Assembly (NCBI GenBank): GCA_043228905.1
Contig: JBHGNT010000001.1
Coordinates: forward strand, 8,928,001 to 8,992,000
Reading direction: 5' to 3'
DNA: 64,000 bases
Source of the DNA: Azolla caroliniana
Taxonomy: Eukaryota; Plantae; Polypodiophyta
Shown here: positions 1-14,644 of the stretch, piece by piece
Position numbering within the stretch: position 1 is the stretch's first letter
Layout of the letters: each line of letters opens with the position of its first letter
Program-made: the position numbers and the translations under genes
The notes under the pieces: model-generated
What the model saw: only the letters and a program-made list of their open reading frames with translations
What the model was told of the DNA's origin: nothing
Database searches by the model: none

Positions 1-890
1 GGCTGTGTGAATCCACCGAAATACGACAACAATTGCAGTAATAATAGCAGTAGAAAATCATGTAATGGCGGCATTAATTCTAGTGCTAGAGACCACCACA
101 TTACAACGCGGTCAATTATCTCCAACCAGCTGGTAATTTTTGCATACGGATGTTCTGCCTTCATTAGGACCCTTCATTCCTATGTTAATAATGAATCTCT
201 TCTATCATCATCAGTAGTAAGTACATAATTACGACTAAATTGCCTCACATTTTTTTAGGAATTTCTGTTCTTTGCTATATATACTTCTAAAGTCAATTGG
301 AAATTAATTTTGAAAGCACATTTTGTGAAGGAATTTTCTGTGTGGTGGGGATGCTACTAAATTATTATTATAAATTATAATGATCGGCCATGTATATTTA
401 GCTATAAAAATCAAATAAATGGAAGACAATTCCTTCTGCTGCATTTCTAATTATCTATGATCAACATAAATGCATATAAACAAATTCATGCTCATATTAT
501 CACATGAAATTCTAATTAATCTTACCCCCTTTTTTAATTTGTCAGCGTTAATTATATTATAATGTTTCTTGCCTGGTTTTTTCACTTTTCATTTCTCAGA
601 TTAAGAAACAGTATATGTTGATAAATAAATAAAAAGATTGGCTGTACATTTGAGTTCAGAAAATTGAATTGAATGAAACTGACATGAATTGAATTGAATT
701 GAATGCAGCTTAAAAAGGGGAGGCTCAACATTAATTTCAAGATACCCTCCTGCATGTCGTCCATTTACATGCCCACCTCCTCCACTCAGAGACTAGCTAT
801 GGAGCAACAGCTTCTAATCCATGAAGAAGAGGAGAGGATGAGATTATGCAGTAACAGTTATAATAACACCATGGACGCTTCCTCCTCCTC

Positions 891-921
<31 letters not shown>

Positions 922-3900
922 GAAGAAGAAGAAGAAGAAGAAGACGGCAATGGCACCAAGATCAACAGGCGTAACACCTCCATTAATGCACCTTCATCTT
1001 CTTCTTCTTCTTCTTCGTATTCATCCCATCAGATCGGATCGACTCAGTGGATCCATAATCATAGCAATACGAATAAGAAGAAGAAGAAGAAGACGAAGAT
1101 TAATGGTAGCAGTAGTAGTAATTACGCTAATCACCGTCGTTACACAGATCATCGCTACGCTAATTGTAAGCAAAGGAATGTGAGTATATTGGATCACTCC
1201 TCGACACGCATGCCATTAATTAAATCATCCCCATCCTCATCCTCACATTGCGAGGATATAATGAACAGCAAGATTGATACAGTTAATGGCGGGGCCGCCA
1301 TAATAAACAACAGTGAGGATCAAGTGGAGGAGGAGGAGGAGAAAGAAGAAGAAGAAGAAGAGAAATCAGTTGAGTGGATTGCTCAAGTTGAGCCAGGGAT
1401 TCTCATAACATTCCAATCCTTCCGAGACGAAGAATCTGGCGATGGTGGGAACGAGCTCAAGAGGATTAGATTCAGGTGAGCAATTTCTTTAAATTCTTTC
1501 TGCTTTTTTCGATCTCCTTTTCTTTTTGTCCATCAATCCATTCCCCTTTTTTTTTCCTTCTAAATTTAGCAAAAAACAGAAATGTGTGAAAAAAAATCAT
1601 ATATATTATGGTTAAGAATAAGACGTTTACCCAAAAAAACACTCTATTAACCAAATTTAACTAGATAATACAAAATGGTGTACAATAGTTAGTGATAAAC
1701 AATGCAATTGACCAGAATTGGCTAAGATGGTGTAAAGAATAATGACAAAATGCAATGACCATATGTGTGTGTGTGTGTGTTGTAAATAATTGTTTTGTTG
1801 GCTTGTGTAGTGTCCAATATCGTTTGTGACTAGTGTGTGTCCGTAGGTTAGTCAATTGATCGATCGATCGATCTCCCCCACTTGCATTTTGTCTTGCCTA
1901 ACTAAGCGTATAAAAGAGTGGCCCCATCTATGATCTTCATAGTGGCCAAGACTTCCTAGTTGTGCTTAGCAACTAAAGAATAGGACGGGAAAAGAACATA
2001 AAAAGGAGAAATTCATTTCACCCCCACAGAAAGAACTTCCTAGGTATGTGTTAGCAACTAGTCCATGAAACAAAGACCTATCTCAAGCAGATGTAACATA
2101 CATATACATGGATGCATTGCATTATGTATACTATATATATCCTTGCCACCTATCATTCTAATTATAAAGCCATAGCGAATGGTGGTGCCATAACTAAGGA
2201 ATTGGACAATATATAAGGAGTTTTTAAGCCATGCTTGTTGTGCACACACCTAATTGTATGCAATTAATGGCATTGAAACAAGAGAAGGGACAATTAAGTG
2301 TATTCATGAAAATGTGCGCAATATAGGGGTTAAAGACCCTACATGCATGTGCATGCTTTCTCCAAAACACACACACACACATGTGCGGGCACGCGCCCAC
2401 AAATGTGTATAGTTTTTCTTGTATGCGGGGGGGATAGTTTCCATCCAAACTGTTTTTACGAATAGCATTTGATTTGACATGAGCCATTATTTTTTTAACT
2501 CTTCTCACATACAGCATGTATATATGCACAAAAGGTAGATGAATGTGATCAAAAGTAAAACCGGGATGTTCAAGGTTTACCGAAATTTTGGATATAGTTC
2601 ATCTCACAAAAATGCCATTGGCTTTTGCTCAATCTCCCAAAAATAGAGTTGGCTAATCCCTCTATTAATATATTCTAACTTTATTTGGAGTGCTTTTGAG
2701 CAATGGAATTTTGTACATTTGGGTTTTTGACCTCAATGTACACTTTTTCCTTAGAAACTTTGAAGTTGGCGTAATTATTTATCAGTTTACGAAACATAGA
2801 ATATGTATATAGATATAAATTTGCGCAATCCCGTTCAACAATATTTTTTTCAACCACAATAATTCATTCAATCAATAAATATTATTAGCAAAAAGGTTAG
2901 AATTCTTGGATTTCGTGAAGTTCATGCCACACAATCTTTAAGAAGCTAGATCAAACCTATTAAACATCAAATGGAGAGTTCAATGGAGTTCATTGTCTAC
3001 TTGGACACTAAGTTTATTCTTCCATTTCGCAAACTTTGCTCATGAGTCAAAATCATTTAGGATTTCTTTATTTTATGCATATATACAAAGTAATTTAGTG
3101 AAATTCCTAAATCTCTCAAGGTCCTCTGCCTCCATGAAGGACCCAAAAAAAAGAAAAGATAGTACAATGTTGATAATTGCATGTACTTTAATGGAGATCT
3201 TTGAGTGTCTTGGAAGAAAACTAAACACAGAGATTCAAATACCATCATTATATGATTACTAAAACATCCAAGGAAAATATGATCATCATTGGAAATTGTT
3301 TTCTTGGAATAAAACGTAGAACTGCTTCGGCAATGTTCTTATTTTCCTGTAAATGATTCCCTAGGCAATGCAGTGATGAGAAGCCAATGTGTTAATTACG
3401 CTAGCTTTAGATTTTCGAAAACTATTAGGTCTTCTTTGCTCGTTGAGTGTACGTTGTGCCATGCCCATGTGAGAAAAGTAAGGTTGTCTTTGACAACTTC
3501 CTTGGGGACAGTTTACTTTACTAGATCCATACAATGTATATATGGCTTTACATTACGAGAAAAACTAAAACGCTTTAGTTTGCGTCTACCCAAAAAATAA
3601 TCATACACGCTTTCGCTTCAAATCACATCATGTGTACCAGTAGCCATGCTTTTGTCCCTTGCTTTCTCGAGTGAAGAGTTTCACTTGCTCACATTACAAT
3701 TTACAACCACATCTTTTTTGTAATCCTCGATGCATTTCAAATTTATCTATTCCATATAACAAATATACATACACCACAAGAACTAGTCTTCCTTACCTAG
3801 GCTCTAACGGAAAAGAGAACATTTTGATATCAACGGATTGCATTCCAAATATTAGGCATTATAACTAATACAATGATTTCATGAGATCAACCCCACTTAT

Positions 3901-4356
3901 GCAATGTGGAATTTGCCTTATAAAGATCTTCACGGTGAACATGATAATAATTGAAATTCCTCCAACGTGGTCTACTCCTAGGAGCACATGATTTACTAGT
4001 CTAAAACCCATATCACAATTATAGAGGGCTACATTATTTATTTGACATTATGTGCATGAGTATTCATGTGTTTTGTGTTATCAAGTCAATAGTATACATA
4101 GTTATGAGCAACGTATACGATATGTATTTGGTCATTTGTGCATGTACAAACCTACCACAAATCTATTATCTATCCTTGTTTCCGATGATGAATCCATAAC
4201 ACAACCCCATGACCTAAACTTTCAACCATCAAGTACAAAGTTATTCCCCCTATGCCTTAGCTTTATTCATAGGTTTCACATAGGGACCTACACATTGACC
4301 CATAAACCCTCCTTACAAATGTGCAATTGTCATGTTATGAATCTAAAGATAATATT

Positions 4357-4389
<33 letters not shown>

Positions 4390-7300
4390 GCATATAAAAC
4401 AATATTTAAAAAAATATGTATGCATGCAAACATGTAGGTTAAATGCCCAATTTACTTAATTTGATAGAGTAGAAATTCATTATAATCTACAACTTTGGAA
4501 ACATGTTTTGAGGGTACAAGTTATATATCTAAATGAGAAAGATGATGATCACATATTATTGTTCTCTAGAGACCCTAACATGACATGGTGGACCAATACT
4601 TATAGCAACCTAGCATGATGGCAAAATTCTCATATACTAGATGAAATGAAGGCAAGTATTATTTTCGCCTGAGAAGATGTGGGATGATGAGGGTAGAGAG
4701 AGAAATAATGGATTTATAATTGTCTTTAGAGGTCAAAGATATATTGTGGAACCAAAGTAAACATCTTTGCTTAGTGTGCTAGAGTTCATTTGTTAGTCTT
4801 GATGTCCAAGACTTTACTAGTGAAACTTGCATGTAAATATAGGTCCAAATTGAAATGTGGAGATCAATGATTGCCCATGTCAATTTGAATGGCATGGGAA
4901 TGATAATGTGTGGCTTGTTTGCATTATAACATTTCCTTGTAGGTGTCTTAAATGTTTTGTTTATGTGCTTAATCTCTTGCACTTGGAAAAGGTGGTTTTT
5001 TGCCGTAGTAAGGTCGTGTTTCCGATTCCTACATACCCCAAAGTTTTTTTGTGTATACCAACATGAGATATCTCCTTCAATGCTGAATTGTTGTTAGAGA
5101 GCCTTTGAAGTGTGATGTTTAAAGTATATATATGTGTGGATGAAGTCTCAACTTTGCTCTAATGATCTCATGTGTGCACCAAGGGCATAACTCGAATCCT
5201 TAATATGCTTATAATGGATGCAAGGTGTCTTTCCATCAATACATACCCATCATAGTTGCACCCATGAGGGCTTAATTATCATTCAACCAATCTACCTATT
5301 GATCTATACCCATCGTAGTTCAACACACAGGTACTCTAAGAGAGACTTGGATCTTCTTATCATCCAAAGTTCAAAGAGAGGGACATGTTGAATTAGTAGA
5401 AAAAAATCATGTTTTGTTGAAACACACTTCAAGCATGATACTACAGATGAGGTTATTAACGTTAGACTCTAGACTAGTAAAGAGGCCCATTTCTTTTCAA
5501 ATGATCTCACAATTATGTTGTTAGGTTACTCTTGGCATATGCTTGAAATCTCTATGTTTTTTTTTATCATTACATTTGCCTTTGCTTTTCTTTTTCTATT
5601 TGCGCTAATTCCTAACTTATTTGAGTGTGTTATTCAGTCGTGATATGTTTGATAAATTGGATGCACAACAATGGTGGGCTAATAATTGTGAGAAGATACA
5701 TGAACTATATAATGTCCGCAAGAGGAACACACAACTCCTTCGATCTCTACCTTTGCCTCAACATCGTGAAGATAAGGTACATCAATATGCATTCCTTTTA
5801 TTTAAGTTCATTTGTGTAAAGACTTCATAACTTTTACAATTATATTTTGAATCAACCATATACACCTTCAACAAAATTGAACTAACATACATTGATTACT
5901 ATGTGTGTTGTAGGCAACCTTAGTATTAGTAAGAAACATGCATGTTTTGTCTAATAACCTTGAGTTTGTTTCTTTGTTTGAACACTAAACACAAAAGTTA
6001 CATGCCCCATTGTTGAACTTGATTTAGAACCCCGAAGATACGTCTTAGAGTCATTAGATGACATGTTTTCTTATTTGTCTTTTGTTAACTTCCCTTTCCT
6101 TGGCCAACATAGGCTCTCTCTCTCTTTTTCCAAACAATATATCCTTCCATTAGTTTTAAAAAGCGTATTTGCTACAAAATACAACCAATAGGTCAGTGTT
6201 GTTGCTTCCAGCAACACCTTTGTTACAAAAAACTTCAAAAGCTTCCTTTAGAGCCTTGTGAAAAAGGGAATGATGTACAAAGCATTACTCACCTATTGCA
6301 GATATTTATTCTACAATTCAAACACATTCCGTACAAATGCTTGGTCTAATCCTGAATGCATGGCATCCAACATAGGCTTTTTTACCTCTACTTAGTCAGA
6401 TGTCTCAAAAATGAGGCATCTTTGCTCTCATTGAACCAACTCAATTTGTCAATGATTATGTAGTTGTATCTAAGATAAGTCTTCTGGGGTAGTGACAAGA
6501 GTATTATTATCAAGAAGCAAATGAGAGATTGGAATTCTCAAATAAGATAGTTCTATAATGCCATATGTGTTTTATACTTTACCTATTGAAGTTTTTATTC
6601 TAGATACAATTGATGCCATAAATTCTCCTTCTTTCATCATACATTTGACTTTATACATTTGCCTAATTGCACCATGAATAAGAAAACCACCAATGATCAC
6701 TTTAAAGGTTGAGTTCAACATACTACAACCAATAGTTAAAATGTTTCTTTATTCTCAATCAAAAGGAATGATTGTTTTGGAGAGTATAATGCATGTATTT
6801 GCTCATATGTATACTTGATCACTACTACGTATGCATGTATATACCTCATTTCTTTACATTTTCATTAATAGGTTTTTGTTTATGTAGGATTATATCAAAC
6901 CAAACACCAATATAAAGCCTCAACATCAACAAATAAGTGGAAGTCATGACAATATTGATGATATTAATGAGACAATGTTTCGTGCATTACCTAGTCATGA
7001 TCATACGGGAACTCAAAAAAATTCTTTAGTAGGTTCCCCTACAAAGCATGATATTGCACATATGGGCCGTTCAAATCGCTATCACATTGACCAACAAGAT
7101 GTACAACCATTAGAAATTGGTCGATGTCACTTTACTACTCCTAGTGACAATGTGTACGAGGATGAGCTTGGAGTCTACATCACCACCACATTATCTCCTC
7201 AAGGGTTAAGAGAACTGAAGCGCATAAGATTTAGGTAACCTCCATTGCTTCTTGCCAACTATTGAATAATTTTGATAATTTTTCCAAGTACATATATAAA

Positions 7301-7802
7301 GAAATATATCTTGCACAACATAGGATTAACAATAATTGATTTCTAAATCATCCAAATTCAAATTCCGTTATTGTTATCCTATGTTATTGCAATTTCAACA
7401 AATAACTTACCCCTTGAATGGATGAACATAAAATGAATCTAAAAGAATTGCCATTCATCCAAATTTGATGTCTTGCTTTTGTTAAATGCAGCCAAGGTTG
7501 CTAAGTTTGACTCATTATATACTTTTTTTATAACTAGAAACGTTTGAAATTATCATTTTATTTTGTTTATACATTAAAAAATATTCTACCTAGGAACTTG
7601 CAAAGAATTATGATGCAACTCCATCTAGACACTTGATAGATTATCTACATCTTGCAATAAAATGACATCAAATTTAATACACATTTTTGTGCTTTCCAAC
7701 AAAATTCAATTGTTTTTTTGCAGCCGAGAAATGTTTAATGAAAAGCAAGCACGGGTGTGGTGGGAGCAAAATCGTGTGAGAATTTACCAGCAATATTTAT
7801 AA
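1..7802 (+). CDS. BRXL: BREVIS RADIX (BRX)-like protein with two BRX domains; 5' end lies just upstream of the window
   Basis: Exons <1-132, 709-1475, 5638-5776, 6888-7234, 7724-7802; all introns GT-AG, 1464 nt in frame, ending TAA. BRX domain 1: [14 protein letters not shown]...[10 protein letters not shown]|[30 protein letters not shown] domain 2: [10 protein letters not shown]...[10 protein letters not shown]|[26 protein letters not shown]. Exon 1 (GCVNPPK...RSIISNQL|LKK) is inferred from splice sites and weak BRX N-terminal similarity and is less certain than the rest. Confidence 0.9.
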
Positions 7803-9502
7803 GATATACTTTAAATGTTTATATTGAGAGTTTTATCCAAGTTTAATCAAAAGGCTAATGTAGAAATGTCTTGTTTAGTGTTCATATTTTTCCAATCTAA
7901 TGCAAGCAAAAAGGTGTGCAATTGCAAACAACCAAAAGAGTGTGATGTCATCTTTCATTTGGTTTTGTTGTCAATTTAAGTTCGAGTTTCATAGAAGCAA
8001 AGACAACTTTGGATAGGAAAAAATGCACAACTCATTGCAATTAGACATAATGGGAAAAATCTATCATTAACGTTGAACATTTCATAAATCAAATCCACGA
8101 TGTCCTAATTGCATGGGAATAACATGTCTGTTTCATAGTTTACATGCTTGCATGCGTGTTCTTCTTTGAAAAGATGCATGCCAAGATGAGATGTTGCATA
8201 TCGTAATGCAACTAAGGCTGGGCTCAGCTTATTCCAATCATTCGCCACAATATTTAGGTACAAACATTTACAAACCAACAACTATCATTTTCGAACTTCA
8301 GTCTATTGAAACTATGGCAGCATTGCAATTGTTAACATGATACCATCTCTAGAAATTTCTTTTTTTAGATAAAATGTAATCATTTCTATTTTAAGCTATG
8401 AACATCAAAAGTCTCTCATAAGATTGTGATATATCAAAGAGAATGGTATATCATATAAAAACAATGGTGCACTTTGAATGATGTAACCGTTATGAACTTT
8501 CTTTATAACTAATGAAATGATAATTTGTTTTGAAAATAAAAATAAAAAATTGTGTACTATTGTGGTACAATCATTTTCTAAAGCTTGGATTTTCTTTAGA
8601 AACTAATATAAACTTTGGCATCAACTCGCACAACCCTCAAAAATCTAGTGTCACTTTTAACGTGCATGAGTTGACAAACTCAACATTATTCCCTATTTCA
8701 TAAAAGTTAAAATTGTTATTCTCTATTGCAATTTCAATCACATTAGTTCCATTATATTGTTGGCAAATGAAAATCTAGTTTAAGAGCATGAATGATTATT
8801 AAACGTAACAAATATAATCTTCTTATAGAAGAAGTACTCTTGGACTAAATGTAAGCGAGGAGCGTGCACTTTGTGGCAAAGGCTCAAAGCTCTCTACGTA
8901 ACATCCTTGAAATCTAAGCTAGACTTGACCGTCAAATCTTTAAATCCTATCTATTCAAGTATGACGAGATTGTGATATTCCATCATATGAATGCAATGTG
9001 ATTGAATGACGAAAATGTGATATTTTCATATTCATACTCTCCTAACCATCCTTGTCACAAAATACAAAACCTTCCTTTCACTACCTTCAAACCAATGTTA
9101 GTCACAATAGTATAAAATATGTATCCATATACGTGCACACCTCCTAGGAATGCAATTATACAACTAAATTGCACAATATTTATTCAAGGTGAGGACCAAG
9201 CTACATGATTGAATTAAGACTCTTTCAAGTTATTTGAGAGACACCCTAAGGGGACAAGGTTTTAGGAAATCAAGTGTAGCCATATTTCAAGGACACCAAA
9301 CATCTTATACATATATGCTAAATTAGGACACGATCATTGCAACATGAATAGCCATATTACAAGACCTTTAGTTCTTTAGGCATTTGTTTCATTTATCATA
9401 TTAATGAGCAGCCGTCCCTAATTGGGTTAAGTGCATTATTTAATATAAGTTCGAATTGTACATTTAGTCTGATATTATTTCCTATTCATTCCTTAAAGTT
9501 AG

Positions 9503-9709
9503 GCTGCTAATCAAATGCTTTATGTAGTCTTTAACTCAAAACACGGTCAACATAGCATCTTCAAAAGTGTTGATTGGAACACAAACATGAGTAAATAGAA
9601 AAATTTATGCTGCTAATGAAATACTTTATGTAGTCTTTAACTCAAACATGTTCAACATAGCATCTGTGAGAATGTTGGTTGGAATGCAAACATGAATAAA
9701 TAGAAAAAT
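9503..9709. repeat. Diverged tandem duplication (about 105 bp) downstream of the HPP stop codon
   Basis: GCTGCTAA..AAAT.CTTTATGTAGTCTTTAACTCAAA...CATGA.TAAATAGAAAAAT occurs twice. Confidence 0.85.
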
Positions 9710-10007
9710 AACAGAATACACTTCGTTTCTGTTCTAAATATTTCTATATATACAATAATATGACCTTTAACATAAGTAGAAATCTACACAACTCCTGTAG
9801 TCAAGCTTAAGAAAGCTTCTTTGCACAATCTCCAAAGCTGATGTTTTGAGGTCGATCAAGTAGATTAACTCAACTAACTTTCACATTATATTAACATATT
9901 TTGTTAATAATAAGCATCAGCCTAAATCATTGGGATTTCAATCCCAATGTATTTCTATTACTTATGCTACACACATTTTTGTCCTGACAAATTTGGATTG
10001 TATGCCA

Positions 10008-13000
10008 TCAAAATATGTACGTTTTCTTGAGATATGCCACTGCTTCTTGCTACACAAAAAAACAAAAAGATAAGGCAAAAAAATATTGGCATCGTCAAGA
10101 TTTAAGAAAACTTTATCTCATACTCGTATATTTTTATCCTAAATAAGCTTCGAACAATTGGAATTCCTCAAACAAATGCAGGCAAAAACTTTTACCTGAG
10201 CATTTTGGTAAAACTTGTAAGCATTTTGGTGCTTACTCTTTTCAAACTACATCATAAATGCAAATTAATGGATGGATGGATGGATGTTTAGGAAAGATCA
10301 AGTTTTGTTTTGAATGGATTTCTGTACAAGTGGGTGCAGACATGCATGAATGCATGTGTATGCATGCATCTATATATGAATGCATGTATGTACACACAAA
10401 TGGATGTTTGGAAGAAAAGAAAGCTGGACATTACCAATAAGCAGAGAAGAACACATCCAACTGCACTTGGAAAGATTATGTACCACCATTGTAATTTTTG
10501 AAACTTGGGAACATCAATAAAGAGAAGGGGAAGTCCAGCAGCTGGCAATACACCAAGGTTTTGCAAATTTAAGCTTAAAAAAATATGAACACATAAAAAT
10601 GTATCAAGCCTGAACACGTGGCTGGATATGTGATTAAGTTTAATCCTGCACTTCAACGTGACATGCCTCATGATTAAAGAGGTCTATATAGGATATGGCA
10701 AAACCCTTTACATTGACTTTATGGAATTGTAATAAAAAGTTCTGCAGACATGTGACCAAAATATCGATCTCCGAATGGATGTAAGTCACGAATAAGTGGT
10801 TTGGAATTTGGAACATGAGATAGCTGTACATTTTTTTCATGATGCTTCATATACTCTACAGTGAATAAGCATGTCAATATATTTCATATTTGGAAAAACG
10901 CAGAAAACACTCATGCTTCATTCATAACTTAAAAAATATCTTCCCTGAATGTAAAAAAATCACTCCCATGCTATGGTTGGCAATTCGCACTGTCGTTTCC
11001 GTTCATCTTAGCCCTCATTATATTGAGAAATGTTATACCCTGAGACAAAACTGGCCTTCCTTTCCTTGAATTTTTTGCCATGATCTATCATGAAGACTAT
11101 ACATGCTAGACAGTGCATTGGGAAACAGTGCGGACTCATCGACTGTGCACCTTATGCCCCGAGTAAATGCAAATGTCTGAGTGCCACACTCTAATTGAAG
11201 GCTCATCCTCCGATCATTTCACATCTTGCTTTCCCAACATTTTCAGCCATGATATATCCTTAGGGCTTATATACCTTCCTGTCAGTTACAATGGAACTCT
11301 AAACTTCCATTTGAGAATCAAGGACCCAATTTCGCCACCATACCTCTACATATCTATATTTCTCTCTAAATATATAGATCACCTTCAGATAAGTGGTAAT
11401 CTATGGCTAATCATCTATACTGGGTACACTGAACCCAATGTACAAGACTGCAACTGAGATGTTAATCATCTATACTGGGTACCTCTACATATCTATATTT
11501 CTCTCTAAGTATATAGATCATCCTTCTCTCCAATCAATCAATGGTTGTATCAACTGAGAGGAAATATTATATATGGATGTGTGGAGAGTAAGACCCTAGC
11601 ATCTGTTCAATATGCATACAATCAATCGCTTGTGTTTATAAGGCGAGAGTCAATCCTAAGAGATACATATATCCACGCACATACATTGTGTTTTAACTAG
11701 AGCGGATGGTGACTTACCTGGAGGATGTAAAGAGCCAGTGAGACGCATGAAGGCAAGGGACGCAGACAAGGACGTGGCACGAGCTAGCCAACCTGGCCCA
11801 AAGAGCGCAACAGCAGCTACCCCTAATGCTGCACACCCAATATGTGCTACAAACATATTGTATTTCTGCATATATACTTGTCATCATAAAGATATATTCT
11901 AGCCTTTTCATTCTTCTTTTTAAGATCCATTTGTGGTTATCACAAGTCAGACAAAAGCGCAATTTCATCTTAAATTAGCGGCATATTACTGGTTCGGGCT
12001 TCAAAGTCTTATCTGGCTTTTATACAAGTTTCACATTCAAAATCCAAATTAAAGTTTCATAACCATAAGAATAATAAGTTAAAACTTCAGATTATCTACA
12101 TAATACAATTTTTAAGATTCGTGTAAGCTAATGATTTGGATGTATTAAGATAAGATACTAAGTTGAAACTTCGGGCTATCTATATTTGCATCATTATGCA
12201 ACTTTTAATTTTCTTGTAAGCTTCAAACTTTTGTTATTGAAATGTTATGAAAGCACTCCTCTTGATTTTGGACGTTTTATGATATTCAATGGAGAATAGA
12301 GAGTAGGGTTCAAAGTTGATATATATTGTTTCATGTCTCTATTCACCAATTGGTTCAATAATATGATCATTAATATTTAGAGTTCCAAGTTAGATTTACG
12401 CTGATATTATAAAATAAATATACACATACACATACACATGCACGCACGACATGTCTTAAAAATACAAATTGTTTTGTCTATTTTGTGTTTCACCTTCAAT
12501 CATTCTAAAACATTTTAAGCTTCGCATACTAAAAGCCAAATTGGGCTCAAAGTTTTCTGTTTTATAATTTTGTCACATCTGATGTGGAAATTTTACCTTG
12601 GCAGCTGGAGAGTTGGGGGCAGCAAAGAGGACAACACACACAGCGCCAAATGGTGCAATTGTGAAGGTAAGACCGATGGGCTCTATCAGCTTATCCAAGT
12701 AGGACATGGCCGCCATTGCAATGAAAGCCCCTGAATGTTACATCATATGCCATGTCAATAACTCAATATTCCACACTCCTCTCTCTTGATCTCTCTCTGT
12801 ATACTCTGGTCCCGTAGGTCAAATTTGGCCTCTTTATGGACAATAAAAATTCTAATTCTAATTCTAATTCTAATTCTCTTTTTCGGTATTATGGCTGTAT
12901 CCGATTGGTCAGACATGTTTTTACTAGCCCATGCACCTGGGGTTCAATCTCACTAATAGTGTGAATTTACGACATGTTCATTACCACTGAAAATTCAGAA

Positions 13001-14303
13001 TGTAGCTGTTACATGTATGCCCCACCGGAATTTGTCATACAGCCTTTTCTAATTGAGCTACTGTATCCGTCTCAACAACCTTGCCTAAAATAGATAATAT
13101 TGAAGCACATAATCTACCAGACCAAGTTTGGGGTTAAAAATCTTCTCTTCTAGCTGGGCAGGACCCACTAATGAGTAGCATCCATGATGTGCTCACAACA
13201 GAATTGAACAATCCCATAGAGATTTTTTTACACTCACAGCAAAGTGGAAACAAGGAGAACAAGAACAGAAAATCCCCAACATATTGGGACACCTAGAAGT
13301 TGGGTGTACACAGACACACAACCACACATCTTTTCACCCCTCATGCCATTTAACATGAGAAGAGCAATCTCCCTCATTGCACACTCATAGTCATGATATC
13401 GAGATTACGAATGAGAAACATCTCACATCTTCCCTACTTAAGCATAGAACTGATATTTAAAAAACTACATTATACATGTGGCTATGCCCTCTACTTCGGC
13501 AGAAGACAATGTCTCATAACGCTCTCTCTGGGTTTCTCTCCTGACTCTTGGCTTGGTGGTTACACCATAGCATCAAATTTTGATCAAATAAATTAGGAGA
13601 ACTGAGGGCTCGGATCCTCATCATATAGGGTATCCATGGACACTAATATCATATCTATCTAATATCCATCTGTATGTCTGTCTGTCTGTGGATTTCAAAT
13701 TAAACCTATTTCATTACAGAACACTTTGGAATGTAAGGATTATTGAGACTATATCCTGTTAATACAAAGAGCTTATCTTCTATGCTTCTCTACATCTGAT
13801 CAACACTAGTTTCTTTTGTGAAATACACTTAACGCACCCACCAGTTTCTTTTTATAGGCCAAAAAAACCCTTGAGCTTGTTTTGGAATGTCCTGAACGAG
13901 CAACAATATATCCAATTCATCCCCTTTTTTTATCTCATTCTCGATTGACCATGGATATTATCTTAAGTGTCTCTATCTCGTTTATATTACCTGATGCAGG
14001 CCACACAACGTCACTAACAGACGAAGAAGACGAATCTTCCATAGCTGCCGAAGTCGAAGAAGAAGCCAGAACCAAAACTTGATTCTTTCTGCTGAATCTT
14101 GTGTTTTTTCCTCTTCTCCTACATAGAAGATGAAGGGAATTCTGCATCGGCACACGTTGATCTCCATTGAAGAATAAAGATTTATGTCTCTGAGTGTGGA
14201 GAGCAAGCGGAGGAGGAGAAGAGGTAATGCCATCATGATGCAATGGCCAAGTATTGGAGCTAATCTGATTTGGAAAGAACAAAGAAGAAGAAAGAATCGC
14301 CAT
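10008..14303 (-). CDS. HPP-family integral membrane protein, about 247 aa, with N-terminal plastid transit-like peptide (family of the plastid nitrite transporter NITR2)
   Basis: Exons 14303-13991, 12730-12597, 11865-11718, 10541-10435, 10049-10008 (744 nt). Motifs VVWPASGAFIAMA, TIAPFGAVCVVLFAAPNSPAAKKYNMFVAHIGCA, GSLHPPAAGLPLLFID and C-terminal QEAVAYLKKTYIF*. The N-terminus is Ser/Arg-rich. Confidence 0.92.
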
Positions 14304-14572
14304 CTCAGAAAGAAGAAGCAATAGAAGGGGAAGGAGAAGGGAAAAGGAGAAGAAGAAGAAGAAGAAGAAGAAGAATCCATGGTGCCCCTTGGCAACTCTG
14401 AGAGTCACACATACAAAAACCTTCATATAAAGTACCACAATTTTACATGCTGCCCTTTTTTTGGCCTCATTGAATTGCTTATTTCCAAATATGACCATGA
14501 ATTAGTTTAATTGCTGATGTTGGTCTGCATTTCACTTACCAAAAGATTTATGGTTCCGCTTCAGCTCACACA

Positions 14573-14574
<2 letters not shown>

Positions 14575-14627
<53 letters not shown>

Positions 14628-14644
14628 TCTCTCTCTCTCTCTCT
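14575..14644. repeat. (GT)n(CT)n compound microsatellite upstream of the HPP gene
   Basis: Read directly from the sequence. Confidence 0.95.

Noticed and set aside
893-1183. [20 protein letters not shown]...
   Set aside because: Alternative-frame reading of the (GAT)n(GAA)n repeats within the BRX exon.
12891-12952. Functional tRNA gene (also considered at 14966-15018, 25504-25563 and 62960-63128)
   Set aside because: Only degenerate A/B boxes; no acceptor or anticodon stem could be paired.
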